Assembly: GCF_006345805.1 (NCBI RefSeq)
Contig: NC_043002.1
Coordinates: forward strand, 117,490,001-117,554,000
DNA length: 64,000 nt
Source of the DNA: Octopus sinensis
Lineage: Eukaryota
Direction: 5' to 3'
The translations under genes were made by a program, and so were the position numbers. This document shows, piece by piece, positions 41,200-54,571 of the stretch. Below the pieces are notes generated by a model that saw nothing but the letters and a program-made list of their open reading frames with translations, did not search any database and was not told the DNA's origin. The stretch's first letter is position 1. The number at the start of each line of letters is the position of its first letter.

Positions 41200-41955
41200 A
41201 AATATTGGTTTCAAATGTTGGCACAAGGCCAGCAGTTTCGGGGGAGTGGGTAAGTCGATTACATCGACCCCAGTGCTCACTCAACAGGTACTTATTTTAT
41301 TGACCCCGAAAGGACGAAAAGCAAAGTTGTCCTCGGCGGTATTTGAACTCAGAACGTCAAGATGGACGAAATGATGCAAAGCATTTTACTCGGCGTGTTA
41401 GCGATTTATTTTCTACTCTAGGCACAAGGCCCGAAATTTTGGGGGAGGGGGTCAGTCGATTAGATTGACCCCAGTACGCAACTGGTATCGACCCCTAAAA
41501 GATGAAAGGCAAAGTCGAACCTCGGCGGAATTTGAACTCAGAACGTAGCGGCAGACGAAATACTTATTTCTTTACTAACCACAAGGGGCTAAATACAGAG
41601 AGGACAAACAAGGACAGACACACGGATTAAGTCGATTGAATCGACCCCAGTGCGTAACTGGTACTTATTTAATCGACTCCGAAAGGATGAAAGGCAAAGT
41701 CGACCTCGGCGGAATTTGAACTCAGAACATAACATTCTTACCCCAGTGCGTAACTGGTACTTATTTAATCGACTCCGAAAGGATGAAAGGCAAAGTCGAC
41801 CTCGGCGGAATTTGAACTCAGAACATAACATTCTTACCCCAGTGCGTAACTGGTACTTATTTAATCGACTCCGAAAGGATGAAAGGCAAAGTCGACCTCG
41901 GCGGAATTTGAACTCAGAACATAACGGCAGACGAAATACCGCTAAGCATGTCGCT
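41200..41955 (-). mobile_element. Family-A SINE cluster including a perfect 96-bp-period triplication
   Basis: Units starting at ~41645, 41740, 41836 are identical. Confidence 0.92.
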
Positions 41956-42130
41956 TTAGGTATCTACTAAAATATCTCGCCTAAGCTTACGTTTCCAGAA
42001 GTAATGTATGAGTTTGTTTCAGCATTTGATTAATGTGAGTTAAATGTAAATTTGGCCTACCATTGTTCGCTCAATTAGAGAAAGAAAAATAACAAAAAAA
42101 ACGGAAACGTATCCCGGCGACTTAGCTTCT

Positions 42131-42980
42131 TTATTACTTCCACCTTAGCGAAGGCGGAAGTATTGTTTTTAGTCATGTTTGTTTGTTTGTCCGTGGACAA
42201 AGATATCTCAAGAACCGCTGGATGGATTCAGATGAAACTTTCAGGGCTTTTTAGCCGCGTTACAGGCACGAACTGATTAAATTTTGGTGCAGGACAAGGA
42301 TTCTGGGTTATTTGTTATATTTACTTTACTTTTCATGAAGTATTACGATCTTACGTTGACTTTCAAGTCTTTCTCTGATTATCTCCCTTGAAAGCACGCG
42401 GATGGTTTCCACATAATTTATGGCGGCGTTGCTGTTTCCAAAGTTTTATTTTCGTTTCTCTATTATCAATTTTACTCGCGTCTCTATCTTATAAGAAACT
42501 GATGGTTTATGAAATCAAACTACATAAACCGTTCAGAAATTAAGTAACACTAACATATTCAGTGGCAATAATATATTTGATTTATCCTCGACAGTTTTTA
42601 GTTTTATCAATTTTGAATGTATCGCTCCTGTTTAAAACCTCTTACCTACTTGACAATTGCTTTTCTAGTTCTGCCTTGAAGGAAGCTTTTCTTCTTGGAC
42701 TCATGTTTTTGGGCGCAACGATGTTGTTAAATCTCCGTTAACAGCACTGTATGCAGGTCCTTTCCCACTGCAGACGACACACACACACCGCATTTCAAAC
42801 ACGGCCCGCACCCCCACCTTCACATTCCATGACTACCATTGAGATCGATCAGGTATCGGACAAAGATTCTGGGTTTTTTTCGGTTTTTTAACTTAATTTT
42901 TGTGAACGGTTGAGTTCATTTTTAGTATTCTCGTTTGTGAGAGCAGTTGAGTTTATTTCAGATATGCTCATTTTGAAGTA
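42131..42980 (+). mobile_element. Helentron/DINE-1-like element with internal Gypsy pol fragment
   Basis: TTATTACTTCCACCTTAGCGAAGGCGGAAG hairpin, (GTTT)n, internal repeat GGACAAGGATTCTGG; colinear with 56967-57952. Confidence 0.7.
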
Positions 42981-42989
42981 AGTTTTATC

Positions 42990-43620
42990 TTGATAATTCC
43001 GATGTGCACTCTACAACCTATCTCTTTTCGATCTCTCTCTCTTGTTCTTCCTTTCTGTTTTTCTTTCCCACCCTTTCTCTAATTCTTTTCTCCCTGTCAC
43101 CGTTCTCTCTCTCTCTCTCTATCTCTCATCCTTCCTCTTTGACTCTGTCGTTGCTCACACGTGACTAACGGCTATCTGTCTTTCTTTATTCCATTTCCTT
43201 CCTAAAGACAAGACGTGCTTTTGCGTGTCTCTTCTCAAAGCTCATTTTTCCAGCGTTCACCACTTCACCTCGTTATGGCTTAACAGCCCTCACCGTTTGC
43301 TTCTACTGTTTTGTTCTTAGTGTCCTGTTTATGTTACCACATTAACCCTCCGCAAAAAATCCCAAATTTTATTTAATTTGCTTTGCAGGAAGGACTGTTT
43401 TAACGAAGTCGAGTCTTGTCCCTACCTTCGAAACGCGGAGTAAATAAAACAGGAAACGACTGATGAAGGGAATGTTCTTTATGTTGCCTGTCTACTTTCT
43501 CTATTTGTTTCTTTCGTTGTACGAAAAAAGTTCGTATTCCATGCTTTTGCTTTTTATGTCCTCGTTTCTCAGTTTGTTAACGTTTTCTTTTATGTTCTGT
43601 ACCCATATATGCATGCATAT
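42990..43620 (+). mobile_element. Probable PLE 3' end (pLTR)
   Basis: Begins with a CTLQP-like remnant resembling GIY-YIG C-termini, then CT-rich tract; homologous to 15100-15690; ends in TA-rich repeat. Confidence 0.55.
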
Positions 43621-43734
43621 ATACATATATATGTAGGCATGCACATGTATGTGTATTATATGCATATATATGTATATATATATATGTATATTATTATATG
43701 ATCGAACGCCTCGCATCCATTTCCAAGTAGGTTT

Positions 43735-43805
<71 letters not shown>

Positions 43806-44031
43806 ATTGAAGAAATGGAGTTGAACGAAGATTGAACAGAAATCCTTTTATATATATAAATATTAGGGAATAAATCCAAATTTACAGGGAAAAAATCAGA
43901 TTTAGGATTAAATCCAATTTTATAGTAAAATATTATATAATATTAATTCGAGACAAAACCACTATTTTGCAAAACAAACAAGGAAAGACTTAATCAATAC
44001 ATAAAAATTTTTAATATAAAGAAATAAACCA

Positions 44032-44074
44032 CCACTACAATCGTTTCATGTCTTCAATGACATTCGTCAGGTGG
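44032..44074 (-). ncRNA. Minimal type-I hammerhead ribozyme motif
   Basis: Reverse complement of 44162-44204. Confidence 0.82.
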
Positions 44075-44161
44075 ATTTTCGATCTCCTAATCTGTTTTAA
44101 TTATGAAGTTCTGTAAATTAAATTTACTTCATAAATTAAAACAGATTAGGAGATCGAAAAT

Positions 44162-44204
44162 CCACCTGACGAATGTCATTGAAGACATGAAACGATTGTA
44201 GTGG
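44162..44204 (+). ncRNA. Minimal type-I hammerhead ribozyme motif
   Basis: CCAC-CTGACGA-ATGTC-attgaa-GACAT-GAAA-C-gatt-G-TA-GTGG. Confidence 0.82.
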
Positions 44205-44289
44205 CGGTTTATTTCTTTATATTAAAAATTTTTATGTATTGATTAAGTCTTTCCTTGTTTGTTTTGCAAAATAGTGGTTTTGTCTCGAA

Positions 44290-44323
<34 letters not shown>

Positions 44324-44483
44324 TCACATTGTGCAAATAAGATAACGCTTGTTATGTTGTAGAGAATAAATATATTGTGAATGCTTTATTAATAGATGGA
44401 TGTTGGAGTGTATTGTCAAGAAAACACTTTATTCACTTGAATAACTTATCACAAGCACCAGTGGTGGATTAATTTATCAATAG

Positions 44484-44533
44484 AATATTATGATTAGTTT
44501 TATCAAAGGACTTATTATAAACAATTTATAAAT

Positions 44534-44601
<68 letters not shown>

Positions 44602-44923
44602 ATATATATATTCTTTTATATGTTTCAGCCTTGAGGCTGTGGCCATACTGGGTTACCACCATTAGTACACACACACACACATATATATATTCATTCATTC
44701 TTTTACACGTTTCAGTCATTTTGACTGCAGACGTCCTGGAGCACCGCCTTAAAGGGTTTAAGTCGAAGAAATCAACCCCAAGACTTATTCTTTGTAAGCC
44801 TAGTATTTATTATATCGCTCTTTTTGCTGAACAGCTAAGTTACGGAGATCTAAGTGCACCAACATCCGTTGTCAAGCGTTGGTGGGGGGAGAAATACAGA
44901 CACAAATACGCACACACACAAAT

Positions 44924-44966
<43 letters not shown>

Positions 44967-44968
44967 CC

Positions 44969-45035
<67 letters not shown>

Positions 45036-45370
45036 TTGTGTGGTGTGTGTGTGTGTGTATTTGTGTGTGTGCGTATTTGTGTCTGTATTTCTCCCCCCAC
45101 CAACGCTTGACAACGGATGTTGGTGCACTTAGATCTCCGTAACTTAGCTGTTCAGCAAAAAGAGCGATATAATAAATACTAGGCTTACAAAGAATAAGTC
45201 TTGGGGTTGATTTCTTCGACTTAAACCCTTTAAGGCGGTGCTCCAGCACGTCTGCAGTCAAAATGACTGAAACGTGTAAAAGAATGAATGAATATATATA
45301 TGTGTGTGTGTGTGTGTACTAATGGTGGTAACCCAGTATGGCCACAGCCTCAAGGCTGAAACATATAAAA

Positions 45371-45425
<55 letters not shown>

Positions 45426-45475
45426 ATTTATAAATTGTTTATAATAAGTCCTTTGATAAAACTAATCATAATATT
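44484..45475. repeat. ~1 kb near-perfect palindrome centred on (TA)n
   Basis: AATATTATGATTAGTTTTATC... mirrored by ...GATAAAACTAATCATAATATT; contains family-B SINE tails in both orientations. Confidence 0.9.
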
Positions 45476-45603
45476 AGTAATTTATTTTACTAAGCCCTAA
45501 TTATATAATATAATATTTTGAATTCGCCTTAAATGGTCCTTTTACATACTGAACACTACTTGGTGAAATTGATTAATAACTAATTAATTTTACCCTCAAT
45601 TGT

Positions 45604-45635
<32 letters not shown>

Positions 45636-45639
<4 letters not shown>

Positions 45640-46160
45640 ACAATTGAGGTAAAATTAATTAGTTATTAATCAATTTCACCAAGTAGTGTTCAGTATGTAA
45701 AAGGACCATTTAAGGCGAATTCAAAATATTATATTATATAATTAGGGCTTAGTAAAATAAATTACTTTGCCACATACTGAACTATCTAGAAATAGCAGCC
45801 AAAAAAGATTTTGTTAGTACTGGCAGTCTGAGCGGTTCATCTGAGGTGATACGTCGCCGAAGGGTATGTTCTTCCTTTTAGTGCTTCCAAATCCAAATTA
45901 AGAAATGTTGAGCTGACGAAAGAAATGCTGAGTTTATTTGGCTAATCTAGAAACGTTAACGTTCTCAAATAATCTTTGTACTTGTGATATTTTTCTGTTT
46001 TTACCTCCATACCTTCGTGAGTTATTTATAAGTAAACATTATCTGAGATAAATTTTCTTAAAGTGGTGGAAATGGCTAAAAAAATTTTTTGGCTGCTATT
46101 TCTAGAAAGTTCAGTATGTGGCAAAGTAATTTATTTTACTAAGCCCTAATTATATATAAT
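45636..46160. mobile_element. TA-flanked asymmetric fold-back element, copy 1
   Basis: Inverted arms 45740-45806 / 46084-46151 plus unpaired tail 45636-45740; tail also mirrored at 45476-45607. Confidence 0.7.
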
Positions 46161-46193
46161 ATATATATATCTATATATATATATATATATATA

Positions 46194-46645
<452 letters not shown>

Positions 46646-46691
46646 TAGATATATCTGTAAATGAAATATGCGACAATTATTCGGTAGCCAT

Positions 46692-46752
46692 GATAAAACT
46701 CCGAGTTTCGGATGCCGAGGTGGAAATCCACGCCGCCATCTCTTCAGTTATC
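46692..46752 (-). ncRNA. Type-I hammerhead ribozyme motif with long stem II
   Basis: GATAA-CTGAAGA-GATG..GTGG-attt-CCAC..CATCC-GAAA-CTCGGAG-TT-TTATC. Confidence 0.68.
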
Positions 46753-46859
46753 CGTCCATCGGATAACTAAATGAGCTATTCAAAAGTATTTTCACTCCGC
46801 CCCTAGGATACTTGCGAGTCAGAAATCCAACTGACTTTTTTTTTACCACTGTAGATATA

Positions 46860-49852
46860 AAAATAGAGGCAGTGATGATCGATTACATCAATATAAAGTA
46901 AGACGATGTAATAAGGGCTATAGATGAAATGAACTCAAACTCAGCTACTGGCCCTGATGGATTCCCAGCAATCTTTCTAAAAGCATGTAAGCGAGTCCTA
47001 GCAAGAAACACTGCAGTCCCTCTTTCAGAGCTTCTCCAGCAACTGGCAAACTTCCAAGAGAACTGAAGTAGGGTAAAATATGCCCTATTCATAAAGGAGG
47101 TAACAGAGCGGAGGCCAAGAACTACAGACCTATCTCTCTGACTTGCACATCAGCAAGGTAATGGAACGAATAGTCAGAAGAAAACTAATTGCCTTCCTTG
47201 AAGAAAATGACTTGATACCTGACACCCAACGTGGTATCCAACCAGGAAGAAGCTGCCTAACTCAGCTCTTACAACACTATGACTGGATGCTGAAACATCT
47301 GCTCAATCACTCAAATGTAGAAGTGATATATCTCGACTTTGGAAAATTGGGAGAATGGCTTCATGACTTTCTGGAGGATAGAAGTCAGGTGGTAGTAGCC
47401 AATGGGACCACCTCCAATAAAACGCAAATACCGAGCGGTGTTCCGTAAGGCTCAATTTTGGGAACACTACTGTTCGTAATGGCCCTCTCAGCCATGCCCT
47501 CAGCCACACAGAGAGCCACGATCACAAGTTATGCAGATGATACAAAAACGTCTCACAGGTAATACATAACCCTGAAGACACTATGTACTTGCAATGTGAG
47601 CTGGATGAAATATACAAGTGGGCTGAAAAGAATAGCATGCTGAAAAGTTTCAAGCCTTGTGCTATCAGCATGCAAAACTAAATGCAATACCCATTAAATA
47701 CACTGGACCTGGAGGGATTGCAATCCTAGAGGCACAGTCAGTTCGAGATTTACATGAGTAATGATGCATCCTTCCATGTGCATGTTGCTAAATTGGCAAT
47801 GAAATGCAGGCGGCTGACAAGATGGATTCTTAGAACTTTTAGAACAAGAGATCAGGAAACCATGATGGTCCTCTGGAGGACACTTGTCCTAAGCCACTTT
47901 GGCTATTGTTCTCAGCTATGGTCACCAACCAGTGTCAAATTAATCTCAGAACTTGAGGCAATCCAACTAAGCTACACGAAGAAGATAGCCTCTATGAAGC
48001 ATATACGCTACTAGGAAAAGCTCAGGAGATTAAGACTCTATTCCTTAGAGCGTAGGCGAGAAAGATATGCCATAATATACATCTGGAAGATCCTGGAAGG
48101 ATTTGTCCCAAACTTTGGCATCGAGAGTTACATAAATACTATTGGGTTGTCCGAAAGTTCGTGCCGATTTTTAAAGGAAAGAAAAAGGTCAATAAATACT
48201 TGCCATTACATTTTTAATCAACCAAATGTGAACCATTTTGATGCACAATGCGACTCCATTTTTCCTTTAACTTGAAAATACCCTCTTCCCAGAATTGAGG
48301 TGGTTTCATGGCAAAGAATTCATCAAGGTATCTTTTTATGTCATCCAAGGAATTGAAATTTTTACCATTAAGACTATTCTGCAGAGACCTGAATAAGTGG
48401 AAATCCGAAGGAACAATATCTGGTGAATATGGAGGGTGGGGTAACACATCCCAGCCGAGCTGCAGCAATTTTTGTCTGGTTCCTAAAGAAACGTGCGGTC
48501 TTGCATTATCATGTTGGAAAACAACCCCCTCCTGTTGGCCAATTCTGGGCGCTTCTCTTGAATTGCTGCTTTTAACTTGTCCAGTTTTGTGCAGTATTTC
48601 TCAGAATTAATTGTCTGGTTACTTGGGAGAAGCTCATAGTACAGAATTCCTTTCCACTCCCACTAGACACAAAGCAAGACTTTTTTTAGGGCGAAGACCC
48701 GCTTTTGGGATGGCTTTCTCTGAACATTTCGGTAGATAATCCATTTCTCATCACCTGTCATAATTTGCTTTAAAAAAGGCGCGTTTTCATTCCGTTTATA
48801 AAGCGAAACACAGATGGAAATGTGATCCAAAAGGTTCTTCTTACTCAACTCATGTTCCGAGCTGGAGATTGTAGCCTTATTGATAAAAAGAGATCAGGCA
48901 GACCATCCACAACATATGATGACCAAATCAAGTCATTAATTGAGAATAACCCACATTTCACAACCCGGGAATTAGCAGAAAGCACCAACCTATCAAAATC
49001 CGTCATTCATGAGCACCTTGTAAAGCTTGGGTACACAAACCGCTACGATGTTTGGTGCTTTCTGCCAATTCCCGGGTTGTGCAATGTGGGTTATTCTCAG
49101 TTAATGACTTGATTTGGTCATCATATGTTGTGGATGGTCTGCCTGATCTCTTTTTATCAATAAGGCTACAATCTCCAGCTCGGAACCTTGCAAACCACTT
49201 ACGTACAGTTCTTTCGGATAAAGAAACATCACCGTAAACTGCGCATGTTTCTTTGGTTGCTTGTGAGGCATTTTTCCCTTTACGGAAAAAGAAAAGTATC
49301 AAGTGCCGAAAATGAACTTTCTTATCTTCCATTTTAAAGGGTTACAGGTTATAGGAACATAAACCTTCTTCCACGAAAAGATAGCTTAAACCGTGCTCTA
49401 AATGGAAGTGTAGTCAAATCCTATTTCATGGACTCAACTATGTTCTAAAATAAGTCGGAAGGTAAGCTACAATAAATCGGCACGAACTTTCCGGACAACC
49501 CAATAGATCTGGGCGTCACTGCATAGTGCCAAGGACACCAAATTTGCCATCAAGATATTGGACAAGATACTACAACAGCCTGGTCTTCGGGGACCACAGC
49601 TCTTCAATATCCTCCCGAAGGACCTGAGAGACCTGCATGGGGTGGATGTAGGTGTCTTCAAAATAAAGCTGGACCTCTTACTGTCAAGTGTCCCAAATGA
49701 GCCAACTTCGTGGCTGGAGGGGCAGATGAGGGCAGCTGTACCCTCATGTACCAGATGCCAATTCCTAAAAAGCATTCGTGAAGTAAAATTATGTAGCAAC
49801 ACCAAATGGCGGTGCCCCAGCATGGCCACAGCTCATGAGCTGAAATTAGATA
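46860..49852 (+). mobile_element. CR1-like LINE RT region, decayed, interrupted by mariner
   Basis: SATGPDGFP, NYRPISLT, YLDFGK, SGVP*GS, SYADD, YCSQLWSP, GPQLFNILP; 3' tail GGCGGTGCCCCAGCATGGCC. Confidence 0.88.
48142..49503 (-). mobile_element. Mariner transposon (mellifera-like), defective
   Basis: TIRs TTGGGTTGTCCG(G)AAAGTTCGTGCCGATTT; TA duplication at 48140-41 and 49504-05; MEDKKVHFRH, RSGRP, TGDEKW, HPPYSPDIVPSDFHLF. Confidence 0.95.
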
Positions 49853-49857
49853 AATAT

Positions 49858-50036
49858 ATTTTGAAGACACCTACATCCACCCCATGCAGGTCTCTCAGGT
49901 CCTTCGGGAGGATATTGAAGAGCTGTGGTCCCCGAAGACCAGGCTGTTGTAATATCTTGTCCAATATCTTGATGGCAAATTTGGTGTCCTTGGCACTATG
50001 CAGTGACGCCCAGATCAATTGGGTTGTCCGGAAATT
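49858..50036 (-). repeat. Inverted duplication of ~49487-49663 (mariner TIR end plus LINE)
   Basis: Reverse-complement match with ~2 visible differences, ending at (TA)n. Confidence 0.88.
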
Positions 50037-50463
50037 AATATTATATATATATATATATATATAATTCCAAGAGAGTTAGAGGCTGTGAATCCAACCAACT
50101 AAGGGATAATATCTATCCAATATACAGCTGGTAGAATACCCAATTACTAATACACAAAGTGTTTTTTCATTGCATGGCAATTACATTACCGAGTGTAATA
50201 AATGGGTGAGGGTAAAAAGTTATTTTACCCTTAATTTATATAGCAAAAGAAAATGGAAGGGTCAAGAGTTGGTATTCATCAACTAATAGACATTATATTA
50301 TGTCTATTTGTAATATTATATACTGTTTTTTTAAAAAATAAACTTGTAATAAATTATCTTTCATATGCAGTATATTAAAACAATATCCCCTAAGTAATAT
50401 CACTTTAACTGAAAATTCATATATATATCTGAATTCATCTACATTTTGTTTCTCTGTAAATTT

Positions 50464-50502
<39 letters not shown>

Positions 50503-50504
<2 letters not shown>

Positions 50505-52489
50505 CGGGAAGCTTTATGAAAATAGACAAAAGACGAAGGCAGGTTTACGGAAATAAACAAAAGACGAAGGCAGGTGGAATACAAACAAACAATTGTATTA
50601 GTATGGCGCTCAGGAAATATAAATAAAACAAGTCTTTAACGTTTCGAGCCTACGCTCTTCAACAGAAAGATACACAGAGAAGAAACACAGAAAGAAGGAG
50701 AGAAAAAAATGCGTGCAGAAGCTAGCGAATCAACATGGCGATCTGATTTCGGCCAGAAGTCAAAGATCAAACGTGAGATGCAAGAGCGAAATTAGGGGAG
50801 ATAATAGGGTTAAATGACCTCGCTCCAACATAAGAGTGTGTGTGTGTGTGTGTGTGTGAGAAGAGTGTGTGTGTGTGTATGAGAGAGTATTAGTGCATAT
50901 GAGAGGTCTGGACGTGTGTATGTATATATGATGTGATGTGTAAAGTCGTATGGTGTAGTGTAGAGAGAGGAGATGAGGGAAGAGGGGGGAGGTAAGGGGG
51001 GAGGGGTGGGGGGGGGGGGAGAAAGAAAGGGGAGAAGAGGGGAGAAGGAAAGGGGAGAAGAGGAGGGGAAGGGGGAGAAGGAAGGAGAGGAGAAGAGGAG
51101 GGGAGAGAAGGGGAGAAGGAAGGAGAGGAGGGGAGAGGAGGAGGGAGGATAGAGGGAGAGGGGGAGAGAGAGAGAAGGGGAGTGAGGGAGCAGAGAGAAA
51201 GAAGGAAGGGAAGAGGGAAGAAGGAGGGAGGGAGAAAGAGGGAAGAAGGGAAGAGGAGTAGGGGTGAAAGGATGAAGGACTGAAGAGAAGTAGGGGTCGG
51301 GGGGAGGTTAGATGAGGAGGAGGGAGAGGGGGCTTAGATGAGGAGGGGGAGAGTTGAGACCAAATGGCGTATAAGAGCGAAGAGAGAAGATTAAATCCTG
51401 TTCACGGCGCAAACGGGAATCCGGATGGCCTCTGTGTAAGGACAAACCGAACACAGACAGGTGTTGCAAGGAGTGACCGGTGGAGCGGAAATGGCGTGAG
51501 ACCGGTGTGTCGTTCGCAAGGCGGATGTCCCGGAGGTGTTCCGCGAACCGGTCAGCCAAGCGGCGTCCCGTTTGTCCGATGTACAGGGAATGGCAGAAAG
51601 AGCAAGAGACGCAATAGATAATATTGCTGGAGGTGCAGGTGAAGGAGTTGATGATGCGATAGGGTCGATGATGGGTGCCAGTGAGGAGGGTGGTGTTGGA
51701 GAGGTAAGGGCAAGCGCGGCAACGTGGGCGGGAGCAAGGGAACAAGCCAGGTTGGGAGGTAGGGTCAGGGAAGAAGCTATGGACCAAAAGGTCTCGAAGG
51801 TTATGGGCTCGTTTGAAAGAGGGGAGGGGTCGGTTAGGGAAGAGGTGTGAAGTGGACGGGTCGGACTGGAGATGACGGAAAGCTCGAAGAATGGTGCGTT
51901 GGGTCGTGGGGTGGTAAGTGAGGGGAAAAGGGAGGCGGGAGACTACAGGGCGGGTTCGGGGAGAGAGAGCAGATACACGGTCCACGGAACGTGCTCTTGC
52001 AAGGGCGGTGTGGATAGTGGTGAGGGGGTATCCACGTAGGATGAAGTGGTGAGCCATACGTTGAGACTGAGTCTCAAAGTCATGGTCGTCACTACAGAGC
52101 CTACGTAGACGGAGGAATTGGGAATAGGGAATGGAAAGCTTGGTGTGTTCTGTTTGGGAGGAAGGGAAGTTGAGGTATGAGTGTGAGTCTGTGTTTGTAG
52201 TGAATGGAGGTGGTAAGAGTGGAGTGAAGAATGCTAACCGAAATGTCGAGGAAGGAGACAGAGGTGTTGGAGATAGTGGAAGTGAAGTGGAGGGCTGGAT
52301 GGAAAGATTGAACGAAAGAGAGGACGGAATCTAGATGTTCACGGGAGAGTGAGGTGGCACCGATAATGTCGTCAATGTAACGACCATATAGTTCAGGAGT
52401 GGGACCAGTGAAATTAGAGAATATTTGGGCCTCAACATAGCCAACGAACAGGTTCGCATAGTTGGGGCCCATTCACGTTCCCATGGCCA
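50503..52489 (-). mobile_element. 5'-truncated Penelope-like element (Neptune-like), in (TA)n
   Basis: RT AMGT*MGPNYANLFVG, YGRYIDDI, FLDI; linker CSRPRCRACP; GIY-YIG NIIYCVSC..CHSLYIGQTGRRLADRFAEH, PFGLN; TA repeats on both sides. Confidence 0.92.
50633..50670 (-). ncRNA. Minimal hammerhead variant in the PLE 3' pLTR
   Basis: TCTTT-CTGTTGA-A-GAGC-gtag-GCTC-GAAACGTT-AAAGA; core A6 replaced by T; palindromic AACGTT. Confidence 0.65.
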
Positions 52490-52659
52490 TATATATATAT
52501 AATTTCAGCAAAACAATTTAGATTCAAAAGAATATGGTACTTAACTTAGATGCACCAGAATTTTTTTATGGTATTAACCATAAAATGATGTGAGGTGATT
52601 ATAACCAAAAAATAAGCAACCGATCCATTCTTGTTGCTTATTTTTTGGTTATATATATA

Positions 52660-53040
52660 TATATACATAAAATGCAAAATGGGACAAGAACGCAAAACAC
52701 CCGGACAACTAGGTGATACAAAAAGGGATAACAAAACATCCAGATAGACGATACAAAGAAAACAAGGACGGGTCATTCGAAGTTTTCTATCTTCAGTCAA
52801 GAAACAGATTATCCTCGCAATTTCGACTGATTATTCTTGAGATTACTCCAATCTGGCTAGCTCCAAGGAAAAACTAAGCTTCCTTGGAAGAATGCATCGA
52901 ATGCATACAAAAACAAGGAAGGAAAAAACAGACAATGTTACACAAATATAAATACAATAAAAAATATATAATATAAATAATAACAGGACATAACAACAGG
53001 TGTCTTTTGACTAAGGACGAGTTGAATTTAGCTGGCGCGT
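52660..53040 (-). mobile_element. Probable pLTR fragment distantly related to the 15100/42990 family
   Basis: Similar order on the minus strand: hairpin, GAAATTGCG, GACTGAAGA, T/G-rich tail, ...TGTCCCAT then TA repeat. Confidence 0.4.
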
Positions 53041-54571
53041 ATATATAATATTGCTAGCAGTATTTCAAATATCTTCCAAAATATTTAGGATGTCTAAAAA
53101 ATAGTAGAGGAGCTGCCTTTATGGAGTTTGTACCATATAATAAGAAACCTTGGTTATGGGAATTTAAGAGTTTGTGGGCCCCTAAAACGTTGGATACATT
53201 TTCGGCTCCAAAACTATAGTCATTGTTCGTTTGCATATTTGGTAAACCTGATGTGTTGCGATTTGAGAAACGCATTACGAAATCTTATGGATGTTGTACG
53301 AACTACATACTAACTGTACCATATTTCAGTCACAATAAAGACTCTTGATAAAGTAATTGTAGCAGCACCCGATAAGCTATTCGTTCGTTTTTATCGTGTT
53401 TTTATGTAACGCTTAAGTCTTTTTCTATCTTTGAATACCATTGGAGTTGCGGGTTACCAAACAAATATGAAATTCCTTTTATCGATGCATTCTGTGCTAT
53501 GGTAAGGGATTACTTATTTGCCTTCTGTCTAGCCTATAATTGCGATGTATTTCCAGTAATTGTATAGTACACAAATATAAGTGTTGAACACAGAAGATTA
53601 TATTATATAAATGAATATATTGATATTCTTACCATAATTGCCATGTTTTAAGAATTTCTACCAATCGATCGATCTAACTATATATCCATATATTTACTTA
53701 TTCATCTGTTTAGCTTCCTATCAATCAATGAACCAATCAATTATCCTATCTACCTGTATGTATGTATGTATGTATGTATGTATGTATGTATGTATGTATG
53801 TATGTATGTATGTATGTATGTATGTATGTATGTATAAATGTGTACGTTTGTACGTGTATATGTATGCATACATGTATGCATATATTTATGCGCAAATGGA
53901 TTGATTGGTGGAAGGGCGACTAGATGGAAGAGTGAATACAGACAGATGTATTATATTCGCATATTCAATTACTCTCACTACATTTTAGCATAGTTTCCAT
54001 CTTTCTGCAGGGATAGTTGCATAGCGCATAGTCAGATCAAACATGTTTTACAACCGAATGCATTTCTCGATGACGTTCACTCAACCATATATGTCGAATA
54101 CTATTTTCAAATTGGTTGACTGAACAATAAAAAAAAAATTATATATAATGTAGATAGCAGGACATTGGATTGAACCTGAGATCTGAATTAGGTCCTAAGC
54201 CTGTTTTCTTTCATTGTTTTTGCTTTGTTTCCTGTTGTTTCGATTTATTTTTCATATACGCAGAAGTTCTCCATGGCGTTTTAGTTCCGAGATGAAATAT
54301 ATGAGGAAACTAGTATTGTTAGAAGTCAGGCGAGTGAGGTACAGTAACGATGAAAAGAAAAAAAATATGATAAGACAAGAAGGGTTTGGACGAGGTGGTA
54401 CATAATTTGATATTCAAAGGACCAGGAACCGGCGATGTAGGAGCGGTAGAAGAAAGAGGAGAGAAAGAGAGAGAGAGAAGGGGGAGAGAAAGATGTTACG
54501 ACGATTTTTGCGTATTGGTGGAGACTAAATTATCGTTCCGATAATCATTTTTGAGTGTGACCTAAATAGTG

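Larger units (their letters stand above)
43860..44300 (-). mobile_element. PLE-type fold-back insert in (TA)n: unpaired tail plus ~170-bp inverted arms
   Basis: ~43937-44112 mirrors ~44124-44300; extra tail 43862-43930. Confidence 0.8.

Noticed and set aside
41645-41925. Repeat-spacer array or 32-aa repeat protein
   Set aside because: Linkers are identical and the unit is a SINE fragment
45740-46151. Pistol ribozyme (TTAGGG/CCCTAA words)
   Set aside because: The two words are just the inverted arms of the element; pistol P1 and conserved junctions are absent
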